Positions 21,020-31,397 of a stretch of 64,000 nt of DNA are shown here, in pieces (the first letter of the stretch is position 1; each line of letters starts with the position of its first letter). The translations under genes and the position numbers were made by a program. Source of the stretch: Actinomycetaceae bacterium (GTDB lineage: Bacteria > Actinomycetota > Actinomycetes > Actinomycetales > Actinomycetaceae); the NCBI GenBank assembly GCA_030527545.1, contig JAUNAP010000009.1, positions 7,185 through 71,184 on the forward strand, written 5' to 3'. The notes below the pieces were generated by a model, which was given only the letters and a program-made list of their open reading frames with translations, did no database searches and was not told the origin of the DNA.

Positions 21020-22206
21020 TCCTCCACGAGTGGGCGCAGAATCGGCAAGACGATCTGGCACTGCCACGGGCGGGCTCCCCACTCCGTCAGCGTCGCCTCG
21101 ATATCCATCGGCCACTCCCACGCCAGGCGTTGCTGCACGCGCGCGCCGAGCAGGATATCGGCGCGGATGCCGAGGTCGTGCGCGGCGGCTGCGATGACGT
21201 CCTTGACGAGGCGCAGACGGGCGGCCGCCTCTGGATTGACACGTCGCCATTCGCGCGGGGCAGGGAGCTCCCCCTCTTCGAGAGGACGATGCAAAGCGGG
21301 GAGCTCTTCTTGCGGGAGGGCCTTCGCCTGCGCGATGGCCGCGCGCCATTGAGGCAGGTAGCGCCGCGAGCGCCGGTAGGACAGCTCTCGCACGTGAGTA
21401 AGACGACGAGGATCGTCGACAAGGCTGTCGGCAATGGAGAGGAGGGCAGACTTCGAAAGCAGCCGCGATGGAGAGATGTTTTCGGCCCGGCCGATCTCCT
21501 CGCGCGCGAGCCAGAGCTGGCGAAGGACGGCGAGCTTACGTCGCGAAGCGAGCCTGCCCGCCCCTTTGATTCGCCACGGATCGGGCTTGGGGCGACGCGG
21601 TGGTGCCGCCAGGACGTGCGCGTTCTCCTGCAGCGCCCACTCGTAGCGATTGGCAGCCTGGAGCTTATCGGACAAGATGGCAGCCAACTCGAGGAGGTAG
21701 TCGACGTCGAGTGCGGCGTAGGCACACCATTCTTCAGGGAGCGGGCGGCGCGACCAGTTGGCGGCCTGATGCTCCTTCGCCAGCTTGATCCCGAGGAGCG
21801 ATTCCGTCAACGCGGCGAGACCGACGTGGTCGTAGCCGAGGACGAGGGCAGCAATCTCTGTATCGAACAGGCTCGCCGGTTCGATGCCCTCCCCGCGCAA
21901 GGATTCGAGGTCCTGGTCGGCGGCGTGCAGCACGTAATCGGCGCCAGATAGACAGTGCGCGATTTTCGCCATACCCGCGGTCGACACGGTGGGGTCGATG
22001 AGCCCAATGCCCACGCCCTCCCTCTTGATCTGGATGAGGTAGGCGCGGGTCGAATAGGTGAAGCCGTGGCCACGTTCGACATCGCACGCGATGGGGCCGC
22101 GACCGGCCCGTATCCGCTGCGCCAGGCGGGTCAGTTCTTCGTGCGAGGCCAGCGGCTTGGGTGTGCCTTCGCGCGGGACGGTTACCAGTTTCACTGTCGT
22201 CATCAT
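21016..22206 (-). CDS. rnd: Ribonuclease D (3'-5' exonuclease with HRDC domain)
   Basis: DEDDy exonuclease motifs are present, together with the conserved dxs-rnd-DUF3000 synteny. The start is one of three consecutive ATGs at 22203-22209. Confidence 0.75.
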   Translation of the reverse strand: MMTTVKLVTVPREGTPKPLASHEELTRLAQRIRAGRGPIACDVERGHGFTYSTRAYLIQIKREGVGIGLIDPTVSTAGMAKIAHCLSGADYVLHAADQDLESLRGEGIEPASLFDTEIAALVLGYDHVGLAALTESLLGIKLAKEHQAANWSRRPLPEEWCAYAALDVDYLLELAAILSDKLQAANRYEWALQENAHVLAAPPRRPKPDPWRIKGAGRLASRRKLAVLRQLWLAREEIGRAENISPSRLLSKSALLSIADSLVDDPRRLTHVRELSYRRSRRYLPQWRAAIAQAKALPQEELPALHRPLEEGELPAPREWRRVNPEAAARLRLVKDVIAAAAHDLGIRADILLGARVQQRLAWEWPMDIEATLTEWGARPWQCQIVLPILRPLVED

Positions 22207-22211
22207 CATCC

Positions 22212-22760
22212 TCAGGAACCGACGAAACCCCCGGTCGTTTCTGTCAAACCGGCAATGAAGGCGAGCAGGTGTGCGACGGCGTGCGCGTGGGGAAGAAGAT
22301 CGGCGGTGACGGGAGACCACGAGGCGCGCACTTCGAGTTCGCTTCGGCTCCCGCGAACGGCGAGATCCCCGAACGATTGCGACTGAACGCGCGTGGCTGT
22401 CCCCGCAACCGCGCGGTAGCCGGCACCCGCATCGAATAGCGCCGAGTGCAGCCAGGACCAGGCGACCTGCCCCGCCAGCGGGTCGGTGACCAGATCCTCT
22501 TCAACCGCACCGTGGATATGGGCGACGAGGCGAAAGGGGCCCTGCCAGCCCGGCTGCGAGGCCGGGTCGTACAAAACGACGAGGAACGCGGAGGCCGGAT
22601 TAGCGAACTCGGCGGCGATGCTAAAACGCATGGCGGCTGAAAAAGGGGCGATGTTTGCGGGGGCTTCCACCTCGTCGACGTTGATCGAGGAGGGGAGACG
22701 GAGAGGGCGAAGCGACTCGAGAGCCTCGAGAAAGGCGGCGGGTGCAGTCGCAACGGTCAC
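22212..22760 (-). CDS. DUF3000 domain protein
   Basis: The call rests on the conserved partner position next to rnd in actinobacteria, together with its size and composition. Confidence 0.55.
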   Translation of the reverse strand: MTVATAPAAFLEALESLRPLRLPSSINVDEVEAPANIAPFSAAMRFSIAAEFANPASAFLVVLYDPASQPGWQGPFRLVAHIHGAVEEDLVTDPLAGQVAWSWLHSALFDAGAGYRAVAGTATRVQSQSFGDLAVRGSRSELEVRASWSPVTADLLPHAHAVAHLLAFIAGLTETTGGFVGS

Positions 22761-22885
22761 CCCACCAGGTTACGGATGACGCCGGCCTTTAGTGCGCGCC
22801 ACGCCGCGTGTCACTGAGCGAGCATCTCCTGTGTGCGAACATAACGCACGATATAGTGGAGAGAGGCGACAGTGAGGACTCTCCA

Positions 22886-24178
22886 ATGACCAGTAGTCAC
22901 ATCCAACGCTCGACCTGGCCCGCCTACATGCGCTATCTGTCCGCGAGGCGTCGGCGCCGCGGGATCCAGGCACGCCCCGTGCGCCCTGACTTCATCCCCG
23001 TCGTCGTAGGTGAAGATATTGGCGCCTACGCGATGGCACGATGCCTTCACCAGTCCTACGGTTCGGGCGTGGCGGTCATTGCATCGAATCCCGTCCCCTC
23101 CATCACACAGTCACGTTTCATCGATCTCAAGCTCGTGGCTGATCTGGCCAACGACGATGTCATGCGGGCGGCCCTAGGCGGGATCGTCGAGAACTATCCG
23201 TCGACGCGCCGCCTGCTCGTCGGCACCTATCCGGGGCTTGGAGCATTCCTGGCGCGCCATCGCACAGAGATGGAGGAGCACTTTATCTTCGTCCTGCCTA
23301 GCGACGAGGCGCTGTGGGCCCTCAACGACCGGGCGGCATTCGCGCACCTGTGTGAGCGCCTGGATATAACCGGCCCGTATCGGCAGGTCGTGGACCTGTC
23401 GGTCGAAACCCCGGTCAGCTTCGACATCCCCTTTCCGGTGATTGCGGCACCAGCGGTCACGCAAGACGTCCCTCAGCAGGGGCTCACCCCCAACGGGCAC
23501 GAGCGCTTACTCACCTCCGCGGCGGAGGTTCAGCGTCTGTGGCGCGAGCTGGAAGAGATCAACTATCGCGGTGAGTATGTGGTGTGGCCGAAGCCCAACG
23601 GCGATGAGACCCACCGGTCTTACCTCCTCGTCTACGTCAACCAGCACGGGCACATGACGATGGCCGCCACTACGCGCGTCCTACTGGCCATCACCGGACA
23701 GCACACCGACATCGAACCGGTGGCCGTCATCTCGCAAATCCCCGATCCGAGGGTCTTGGACGAGGCCCGAAAGATCCTGGCAGACATCGGGCTTACGGGT
23801 TTCGCGACGTTCCATCTTCATGAGGATCCCTCGAGCGGGAAGACGACCATCATCAAAGCCCACGCCGGCATCACGTATTTTTCCCACGTCATCGAGGCCG
23901 GGGGAGTCAACCCGATGCGCCATCTCGTTGCCGATCGCATCGACGGGCTGGATCTGGGCTTTCGGCAGACGAACCGCGAGGTCGTGTCGACCCCGCTGCC
24001 ACTGAGCTTCGTCACGAGAAAGATCGCAAATCCGCACTTGCGCGAGCGCGTGGCGTCGCTGGCGAGCTGTGGGGCGCACGTCAATCCGCTTAACTACCCC
24101 GTCGACCTCACCTTGGAGCAGCTACCCAGCCTGGCGATGCTCGCACGCATCATGCGCGAGGTCCACAAGACCCACTAG
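22886..24178 (+). CDS. Hypothetical enzyme, possibly an ATP-grasp-like carboxylate-amine ligase
   Basis: It has a Rossmann-like N-terminus (FIPVVVGEDIGAYAMARCL). Its similarity to ATP-grasp folds is weak. Confidence 0.35.
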   Translation: MTSSHIQRSTWPAYMRYLSARRRRRGIQARPVRPDFIPVVVGEDIGAYAMARCLHQSYGSGVAVIASNPVPSITQSRFIDLKLVADLANDDVMRAALGGIVENYPSTRRLLVGTYPGLGAFLARHRTEMEEHFIFVLPSDEALWALNDRAAFAHLCERLDITGPYRQVVDLSVETPVSFDIPFPVIAAPAVTQDVPQQGLTPNGHERLLTSAAEVQRLWRELEEINYRGEYVVWPKPNGDETHRSYLLVYVNQHGHMTMAATTRVLLAITGQHTDIEPVAVISQIPDPRVLDEARKILADIGLTGFATFHLHEDPSSGKTTIIKAHAGITYFSHVIEAGGVNPMRHLVADRIDGLDLGFRQTNREVVSTPLPLSFVTRKIANPHLRERVASLASCGAHVNPLNYPVDLTLEQLPSLAMLARIMREVHKTH

Positions 24179-25890
24179 CGCTCGACGACGACGCATCCGC
24201 CCGCCACCAGGCTCGAGGACTCGGGCGGCCACGTGGCAAGGACTCGCCCCTCGGGAAGCGGGCGGTCTTCGCTCAGACGCGAAACAACAACAGTGAGGTC
24301 GCCGCGCGATAGTGACAGCCCCTCCTCGCATCGCTTCAGCTCGTGCATCGTGCACGGGTAGGCTCGCCGAAGCTCGATGAGTCGGCGATACCACGCGAGC
24401 ATGTCGGCGTGGGGTCCGTCGCAGCGCTCTTCCCACGTGAGTACGCTTGCTTCGCGTGTCGAGTGGTCTTGCGGGTCGGGCACGGTAACGGAACCGGAAT
24501 AGATCTCCTCCCAGCCGTGACCAGAGAACTCACGCAGGCGTCCTTCCGATACTGCCTGTGCCAGGTCGGCATCGGAAAAGTCAGTGAAGAACTGGAACGG
24601 GGTGGAGGTCGCCCACTCTTCGCCCATGAAAAGCATGGGGGTAAAGGGCCCTAGGAGGCACAAGGCGGCCTGAGATCCCGCCTCGATGAGCGAGAGCTTC
24701 TCATGTGGGCGGTCACCGATCGCCCGATTGCCCACTTGATCGTGGTTTTGGGTGAAAACGACAAAGCGATCGAGCTTCGTATGAGGCGACAGGGGTTTGC
24801 CCCAGTCGCGGCCACGGAAACTCGAATAGGTCCCGTTGTGGAAAAACGCCTCTCCGTAGACCTTCTCCAACGCGCCAGCATCGGCAAAGTCACTATAGTA
24901 ACCGTGGGTCTCGCCGGTAAAGGCAACGTGGAGGGCGTGGTGGACGTCATCGTCCCACTGTCCGTCCATGCCCATTCCGCCGCGTTCTACAGGAGTGATC
25001 ATCTGGTCGTCGTTGAGGTCCGACTCCGCAATGAGCGTGAGATCGCGTCCGAGACGCGCCGTCCACTCGTGCCTGCGTTGGGACAGCTCGGCAAGCAGGT
25101 GAAGCGGAGAATCGTCGGCGATGGCGTGGACGGCGTCGAGGCGCAGGGCGTCGACGCCCAGGCATGCGTAGAGGTAGTGGGCGGCCCCAATGAGATAGTC
25201 GCGTACCGCAGCGCAATCGTCTCCGTCGAGATTGAATCCCTCACCCCAGGGGGTGGGGTGACGAGACGTGAAGTAGGGCCCGAACTGGGCCAGATAGTTG
25301 CCCTGCGGCCCCAAGTGGTTAAGAACGAGATCCTGACACACGCCCAGGCCCCTGTCGTGGGCGGCTTCGACGAACCTGCGGTAGGCGTCGGGGCCACCGT
25401 AGGCTGCGTGCACGCTGTAGAGCGCCACCCCGTCGTAGCCCCACCCGTTACGGCCGGGAAAGGAAGCTACGGGCATGAGCTCGACGGTATCGACCCCGAG
25501 GTCGCGCACGTGATCGAGCCGGGCGGCGGCCGCATCGAGAGTGCCCTCGGGGGTGAACGTACCGACGTGAAGCTCGTAGAGCACTCCGCCAAGCACCCGG
25601 GGGGTCGGTGTTGCCGGGGGCGGGCACACGGCCTCGACCGTCATCGACCAGCTCGAGACCCCCTCAGGTTGGAAGGGCGAGCGGGGATCTGGAAACGGTC
25701 CGGCACCATCGAGGACGAAAGCGTAACGCGATCCAGCTGGGAGTTCCTGTGGGGCAAGCCACCACCCGTCGTCGGCTCGCACCATCGGTTCCCTACCTTC
25801 GGGACGGGCGAGCTCAACGCGTTCGGCGTGGGGCGCCCACACGGGAACACGCCCACATCCGGGCAGCAGCGATGCTGTCTCACTCATCAT
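24175..25890 (-). CDS. treZ: Malto-oligosyltrehalose trehalohydrolase
   Basis: GH13 motifs (LDAVHAI, ESDLNDD) are present. The start was trimmed to MMSETASLL, which overlaps the treY stop. Confidence 0.85.
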   Translation of the reverse strand: MMSETASLLPGCGRVPVWAPHAERVELARPEGREPMVRADDGWWLAPQELPAGSRYAFVLDGAGPFPDPRSPFQPEGVSSWSMTVEAVCPPPATPTPRVLGGVLYELHVGTFTPEGTLDAAAARLDHVRDLGVDTVELMPVASFPGRNGWGYDGVALYSVHAAYGGPDAYRRFVEAAHDRGLGVCQDLVLNHLGPQGNYLAQFGPYFTSRHPTPWGEGFNLDGDDCAAVRDYLIGAAHYLYACLGVDALRLDAVHAIADDSPLHLLAELSQRRHEWTARLGRDLTLIAESDLNDDQMITPVERGGMGMDGQWDDDVHHALHVAFTGETHGYYSDFADAGALEKVYGEAFFHNGTYSSFRGRDWGKPLSPHTKLDRFVVFTQNHDQVGNRAIGDRPHEKLSLIEAGSQAALCLLGPFTPMLFMGEEWATSTPFQFFTDFSDADLAQAVSEGRLREFSGHGWEEIYSGSVTVPDPQDHSTREASVLTWEERCDGPHADMLAWYRRLIELRRAYPCTMHELKRCEEGLSLSRGDLTVVVSRLSEDRPLPEGRVLATWPPESSSLVAGGCVVVER

Positions 25891-28375
25891 CGACCCTTTC
25901 CAAAACCGCGACCGGATAGTGCGCGAGGACAGTGGCGAGTGGGCACGAGCCTGCGGTCCACCGCTGGCCCGTGAAAACGTCGCGCCACACGCCCTCGGGG
26001 AGCACAACCGTGTGGGTACCCCACCCGCCTGCCTCCTCAAGCCCGTGAGCGAGACGGGTAGCGACTGTCACGACCTGCGGGACGCGGCCGCGGGCGAACG
26101 CGCACGCGTGCCCAGACGAGACGGGCAGGGGAGCATAGGCTGCGTCGGGTCCGACAAAGACGCGAGGGTGTCGGCGCCGTAACCGTGCGAGCGCGCTCGT
26201 GACGAAGAGCTTTTGTGCGTCGAGATCGCGCGGATGCTCCCCTCCATCCAGATCGCTCAGCATTGCAGCGAGCGCCTCAAAATCGACCGGACGGCGATTA
26301 TCGGGATCGACGAGCCTCGTATCGGTGACCTCCGAGCCCTGATAGACATCGGCAACACCCGGGAGGGTCATCTGGATGGCCTTCGTCGTGAGGATCGTCG
26401 AGCGCACGCACGCGCCCGTTCGTTCAACCCACTCACCCATGAGCGCCCTTACCTCGTCGTTGGCGAGCGAGGTCTTCGCGAATTCGAAGAAGGCGTCCTC
26501 TCTCAACTCATCGGGCGCAGTCCACGTCGTCCACGTCTTTTGCTCACGCACGGCTTTGCGCAGATACTCGACGAGACGATCGGCTTCGATGGGCCCGGCC
26601 GCTGTCCACGTTCCAGCGAGCGTGAGCCACAGAAGGTATTCGGCTCGCCCGTCGAGATCGCTGGGCCTCGTGGCGTCGGTGGCGGCCCGCAGGCGCGCCA
26701 GCGTTGACGCCCACGCCTCGGGATACTGGCTGAGAACAGCGAGGCGGGCGCGTACGTCTTCGCCGCGCTTCGTGTCGTGAGTTGTTCCGGCGGTCATCGT
26801 TGCGGGCCAGGATTGCTGGAGCTCGAGGGCGAACGCGTGCAGCTCGTCGGGGGTGACCCCGAAGTGCTGAGGGTCTCCTCCCACCTCGAGCAGCGCAGGC
26901 AGGTGCGTCCAGCGGTAGAAGACCGTGTCCTCCACGCCTTTTGCCTGAACGGCGCCGCAAACCTGCTGGAAGCGCACGGCAACTTCGGCCCGCCGCTCGT
27001 CGGAGGCATCCAGCCCGGCGGAACCGACCTCGTCACCGAGAATCATCGCGCTCACGAGATCCATCGTGTCGGAGTGATCCGCCTCGAGGTCCCCGCGCGC
27101 GCGGGCAGCCGCTTCCTCGACGAGGTGACGGGCTAGCGCGCTGGCCGGCTCGCCCGGGACGACATAGGCCCGGTAGACGGGCATGGCGATGACGAGGGCC
27201 CGCAGACACTCGATGATGGAACGGTAGGTGTAGTCACGCAGACGGACATCGTCTTGACAGATGTTCCACACGAGCTGCCCCATCCGCCTGACCTCCGCGG
27301 CCAAGGACGTGTCGATAATCTGGCCCTTCGCTTCCGCGACGAGTGCGTCGTAGGAGGCGGGAGAATCGCCCGTCATCGTCTGCATGAGGGCCCCCAGGGG
27401 CAGCGACGACGCGGGATCGACGTTGAGGGAGGTCACCCGCCACGCCGTGTCGTATCCGGTCGTCCCGGCGACGTTCCAGTCCCCGGGCAACGTTTCCGCT
27501 CCCTCGAGGATTTTTTCGGCCGCTACCCAGGCGCCTCCGGTCGCCTCGGACAGGTGCCGGAAGTAATCGCGTGGGTTAGCCAGTCCGTCCGGGTGGTCGA
27601 CCCGGAACGCATCGATGACCCCTTCATCGAAGAGCCTGAGCAATGTCTCATGGGTCGCGGCGAAGACATCGGGATCTTCTACGCGGACGGCTGCGAGCGT
27701 GCCCACGTCGAAGAACCGGCGATAGTTGAGCTCTTCGTCGGCGACCTTCCAGTGAGCTAGGCGATAGTGCTGGCGTTCGACGAGGACACCGAGGGGCAGG
27801 TCTTGAGTGCCTTCGGCAAGCGGAAACACGTGATCGAAGTAGGTGAGCACCCACTGCTCGCCACGCTCGGGTTCGGTGGGGATGACCCGCTTGGTCACGT
27901 GCAGATCCTGATCCGCGAGGACCTGTCCGATTCTCTTACCGAGGACGGGCATGAGGATCGGCTGGGTGACGTCGACGTCGAACCACGATGCGTAGGGTGA
28001 ATCGATGCCGCGTTTGAGGACCGACCACATAGCCCGGTTGTGCCACACGGGCGTGGGGACGGCCATGTGGTTGGGCACGAGGTCGACGACGACACCGAGT
28101 CCGGCTTCGTGCGCCCGTGAGGCCAAACGCTTGAGTGCTTCTTCGCCGCCGAGATCAGCCGATACTCGCGTGTGGTCGACGACGTCGTAGCCGTGGGTGG
28201 AACCGGGGGCCGCCTGCAGGATAGGGGAGAGGTAGAGATCGGTCACGCCCATAGAGGTTAGGTAGGGCACCTGCTGGGCCGCGTCGTCGAACGTGAACGT
28301 CGGGGTGATCTGCAGCCGATAGGTCGTCACAGGGACGCGAGCGCCTTCGGCTGGCATGTGTGGATGATCGCTCAC
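25880..28375 (-). CDS. treY: Malto-oligosyltrehalose synthase
   Basis: An ~830-aa GH13 protein whose N-terminus is typical of TreY. Confidence 0.85.
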   Translation of the reverse strand: MSDHPHMPAEGARVPVTTYRLQITPTFTFDDAAQQVPYLTSMGVTDLYLSPILQAAPGSTHGYDVVDHTRVSADLGGEEALKRLASRAHEAGLGVVVDLVPNHMAVPTPVWHNRAMWSVLKRGIDSPYASWFDVDVTQPILMPVLGKRIGQVLADQDLHVTKRVIPTEPERGEQWVLTYFDHVFPLAEGTQDLPLGVLVERQHYRLAHWKVADEELNYRRFFDVGTLAAVRVEDPDVFAATHETLLRLFDEGVIDAFRVDHPDGLANPRDYFRHLSEATGGAWVAAEKILEGAETLPGDWNVAGTTGYDTAWRVTSLNVDPASSLPLGALMQTMTGDSPASYDALVAEAKGQIIDTSLAAEVRRMGQLVWNICQDDVRLRDYTYRSIIECLRALVIAMPVYRAYVVPGEPASALARHLVEEAAARARGDLEADHSDTMDLVSAMILGDEVGSAGLDASDERRAEVAVRFQQVCGAVQAKGVEDTVFYRWTHLPALLEVGGDPQHFGVTPDELHAFALELQQSWPATMTAGTTHDTKRGEDVRARLAVLSQYPEAWASTLARLRAATDATRPSDLDGRAEYLLWLTLAGTWTAAGPIEADRLVEYLRKAVREQKTWTTWTAPDELREDAFFEFAKTSLANDEVRALMGEWVERTGACVRSTILTTKAIQMTLPGVADVYQGSEVTDTRLVDPDNRRPVDFEALAAMLSDLDGGEHPRDLDAQKLFVTSALARLRRRHPRVFVGPDAAYAPLPVSSGHACAFARGRVPQVVTVATRLAHGLEEAGGWGTHTVVLPEGVWRDVFTGQRWTAGSCPLATVLAHYPVAVLERVDDE

Positions 28376-30501
28376 AGCAGCTCCTCCTTAGGGTTGCGCA
28401 GCACGAGCGTTGAACGGCCCTCAAGCCGGACCGTGTCCCCACCCACGTGAGAGACAGGTTCGGCGGCGGTGACAGCGGGCGAGTAGGTGTTGACGACCTC
28501 GAACCATTCCTTGCCGTAGGCGCCGCCGGGGATCGTAAAGTCGACGGGATCGGGCGAGGCGTTGAACATGAGCACGAAATCGTCGTCAACGATGCGTCTA
28601 CCGCGATCGTCGGGCTCGCGGATCGCATTGCCGTTGAGGAAGATCATGACTGAACGGGCGGACGCCTCATTCCAGTCCGTTTCGCTCATATGGTTGCCTT
28701 CGGGGGTGAACCATTCGATCTCGCCCAGGTCGGATTCGCCGCCGCGCTCGGCCCGTCCTGCGAAGAAACGCCTGCGGTGGAAGACGGGGTGTTCGTTGCG
28801 TACCGAGACCAGGCTCTTCGTAAACTCCAGCATGTCGGTTTCGGCTTCGCCGAGGTTCCAGTGGATCCACGACAGCTCGTTGTCTTGGCAGTAGGTGTTG
28901 TTATTGCCCTCCTGAGTGCGCGCGACCTCGTCGCCATGGGAGATCATCGGGATGCCCTGGGAGAGGAGCAGCGTCGTCAAGAAGTTGCGGTGCTGGCGGG
29001 CCCGCAGCTCTTTCACGGCAGGATCGTCGGTGGGACCCTCAACTCCGCAGTTCCACGACCGGTTGTTGCTGTCGCCGTCGGCTCCACCTTCCCCATTAGC
29101 CTCATTGTGCTTGTCGTTGTACGACACGAGGTCGGCCATGGTGAACCCGTCGTGCGCCGTGACGAAATTGATCGAGGCCATGGGTCGGCGACCCGTCTGT
29201 TCGTAGAGGTCGGCCGAGCCGACGAGACGCGAAGCAAATTCTCCGAGCCGGGAGTATTCACCGCGCCAGAAGTCCCTCACGGTGTCGCGGTACTTTCCGT
29301 TCCATTCCGACCACTTCGGCGGGAAGCCCCCCACCTGATAACCACCGTCGCCGACGTCCCACGGCTCGGCGATGAGCTTCGTCTGAGACAAGACGGGATC
29401 TTGGTGAATGATGTCGAAAAACGCGGAGAGCTTGTCGACCTCGTGGAACTGGCGGGCGAGCGTGGAGGCGAGATCGAATCGGAACCCGTCGACGTGCATC
29501 TCTACGACCCAGTAGCGCAGAGAATCCATGATGAGTTGCAACACGGCGGGAGAGCGCATGAGGAGGGAGTTTCCTGTCCCGGTCGTGTCGAAGTAGTGGA
29601 ACTTGTCGTTGTCGACGAGCCGGTAGTACGCGGCGTTGTCGATACCCCTAAACGACAGCGTGGGACCTAGGTGGTTTCCCTCGGCCGTGTGGTTGTAGAC
29701 GACGTCGAGGATGACCTCGATGTCGGCGTCGTGGAGGGTCTTGACCATCTGCTTGAACTCTTGGACTCCGCCGGCCGGGGTGGGCGAGGAGGCGTAGCCA
29801 TTGTGGGGAGCAAAGAAGCCGATCGTGTTGTAGCCCCAATAGTTCGACAAGCCTCGCTCTTGCAGATGGGCGTCGTTGACGAACTGGTGGACGGGCATGA
29901 GTTCAAGGGCGGTCACGCCAAGTTCTTTCAGGTGCGTGATCGTCGCCGGGTGCGCGACGCCCGCATAGGTGCCGCGCAGGTTCTCGGGGATCTCCTCGTT
30001 GAGCTGGGTAAGACCCTTGACGTGGGCTTCATAGATGACGAGATCGTGGACGGGGTGGCCCGGGGGTCGGTCGTGGCCCCAGTCGAAGTAGGGGGTCGTC
30101 ACGACCGACATCATCGTGTGGTCCTTGGAATCGGCCTCGCAGCGGGCATCGTGGTCGTTCCAGTCGTAGGAATACAACGACTGGTCGGTGCCGACTTGAC
30201 CGTAGAACGATTTTGCGTAGGGGTCGAGGAGCAGTTTGGACGGATCGCAGCGGTGACCGTTGGCGGGATCGTAAGGCCCCTCGACGCGATAACCGTAAAA
30301 CTGTCCGGGCTGGATGTGGGGGATGTAGGCGTGCCATACGTAGTTGTCGACTTCAGTGAGCTCGATGCGCTCCTCGTTGCGGTCCTCGTCGAGCAGGCAC
30401 AGCCACACGCGCGTCGCCACCTCCGAGAAGAGAGCGAAGTTCGTGCCAGTGCCGTCGTAGGTTGCGCCCAACGGGTAGGGCATTCCAGGCCATTTCTCCA
30501 T
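28372..30501 (-). CDS. glgX: Glycogen debranching enzyme GlgX/TreX
   Basis: GH13 motifs and an N-terminal CBM48 pattern (YPLGATYDGTGTNFALFS). The start was set to MEKWPG. Confidence 0.85.
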   Translation of the reverse strand: MEKWPGMPYPLGATYDGTGTNFALFSEVATRVWLCLLDEDRNEERIELTEVDNYVWHAYIPHIQPGQFYGYRVEGPYDPANGHRCDPSKLLLDPYAKSFYGQVGTDQSLYSYDWNDHDARCEADSKDHTMMSVVTTPYFDWGHDRPPGHPVHDLVIYEAHVKGLTQLNEEIPENLRGTYAGVAHPATITHLKELGVTALELMPVHQFVNDAHLQERGLSNYWGYNTIGFFAPHNGYASSPTPAGGVQEFKQMVKTLHDADIEVILDVVYNHTAEGNHLGPTLSFRGIDNAAYYRLVDNDKFHYFDTTGTGNSLLMRSPAVLQLIMDSLRYWVVEMHVDGFRFDLASTLARQFHEVDKLSAFFDIIHQDPVLSQTKLIAEPWDVGDGGYQVGGFPPKWSEWNGKYRDTVRDFWRGEYSRLGEFASRLVGSADLYEQTGRRPMASINFVTAHDGFTMADLVSYNDKHNEANGEGGADGDSNNRSWNCGVEGPTDDPAVKELRARQHRNFLTTLLLSQGIPMISHGDEVARTQEGNNNTYCQDNELSWIHWNLGEAETDMLEFTKSLVSVRNEHPVFHRRRFFAGRAERGGESDLGEIEWFTPEGNHMSETDWNEASARSVMIFLNGNAIREPDDRGRRIVDDDFVLMFNASPDPVDFTIPGGAYGKEWFEVVNTYSPAVTAAEPVSHVGGDTVRLEGRSTLVLRNPKEELL

Positions 30502-30866
30502 ACCCCCTAGGTAATCACGTTCGGCCCGCCACGTCTTCCGGTCGGCGTTCGCGTGGTGGCCGCGGGGTCGGCGCGCACACCCGTTAGCAGATGAGTGCTC
30601 GAGTCCAGAAGAGAACATGGTGTGAGGGAGGGCACATATTGTGAGAAGGGTTTGTGGGCGCTTATATTAGATATGTCTCATGTTGACTGACGAGGCGGTG
30701 ATCATCATGAGATGGCACCTTGGAAGAGTGATCGGCATATTTGCCGCAAGCGTGTGCGCGATTTGCTGCACTTTGCCTAGGTATGCCAGCGCTCAACCGA
30801 GTGAGGCGGCCTGTGCCGCGGGTTGCTCGACCCGCCATAGGGTCCCGGCGAGAAAAGGGTGATGTC

Positions 30867-31319
30867 ATGTTCTTGGGATACGTAGAGGCACTGTGCCGTG
30901 GCGACCGGTCTATCTGGGGAGCCGTGGCGTCGTTCGTTGTAAGTGCGGCTTTCGCTATCTACCTGATTGTCTGCATGCTTGCTGAGACTCCGATGCGATG
31001 GCTTACCGCCGCCGGTGCCATCTTCTTCGCCGCATCTTTCGTGGTCTTCGCCGGCGCGTTAGCCGCCATCGCAAGCCATCACAACACGTGGGGGAGACGA
31101 CTGTGGCTGATCTCAAACCTGCTCATGGTCGTCTACTGTGTCTTCATCGCCACTGCCGGGTACTGTGTCACCGCTCTCACGGCAGTACCGCTGACGCAGC
31201 TGGCTCACGACTATTGGCGCGAGATCACCGCGCCGTTCACGCTAGCGCTCGTCGTCACCGTCAGTCTGGTCGTCAGCCTCGCTTGTCAAGGATGGCGCCC
31301 GCGACACCACACATCGTGA
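30867..31319 (+). CDS. Hypothetical membrane protein (4 TM)
   Basis: It is hydrophobic, with an ATG at 30867 after a GGGTGA RBS-like sequence. Confidence 0.45.
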   Translation: MFLGYVEALCRGDRSIWGAVASFVVSAAFAIYLIVCMLAETPMRWLTAAGAIFFAASFVVFAGALAAIASHHNTWGRRLWLISNLLMVVYCVFIATAGYCVTALTAVPLTQLAHDYWREITAPFTLALVVTVSLVVSLACQGWRPRHHTS

Positions 31320-31340
31320 CGGCGACGCGGTGAAAGACAA

Positions 31341-31369
31341 CTCGGGCCCGGCTTTGTGCCGGGCCCGAG
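31341..31369. terminator. Perfect hairpin CTCGGGCCCGG-ctttgtg-CCGGGCCCGAG between convergent genes
   Basis: An 11-bp perfect inverted repeat. Confidence 0.55.
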
Positions 31370-31397
31370 ATGTGTCGCTTGCTCTAGCTCGTACTAG

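Noticed and set aside
24703-25974. 423-aa + ORF
   Set aside because: It is antisense to treZ
28690-30510. 326-aa and 279-aa + ORFs
   Set aside because: They are antisense to glgX
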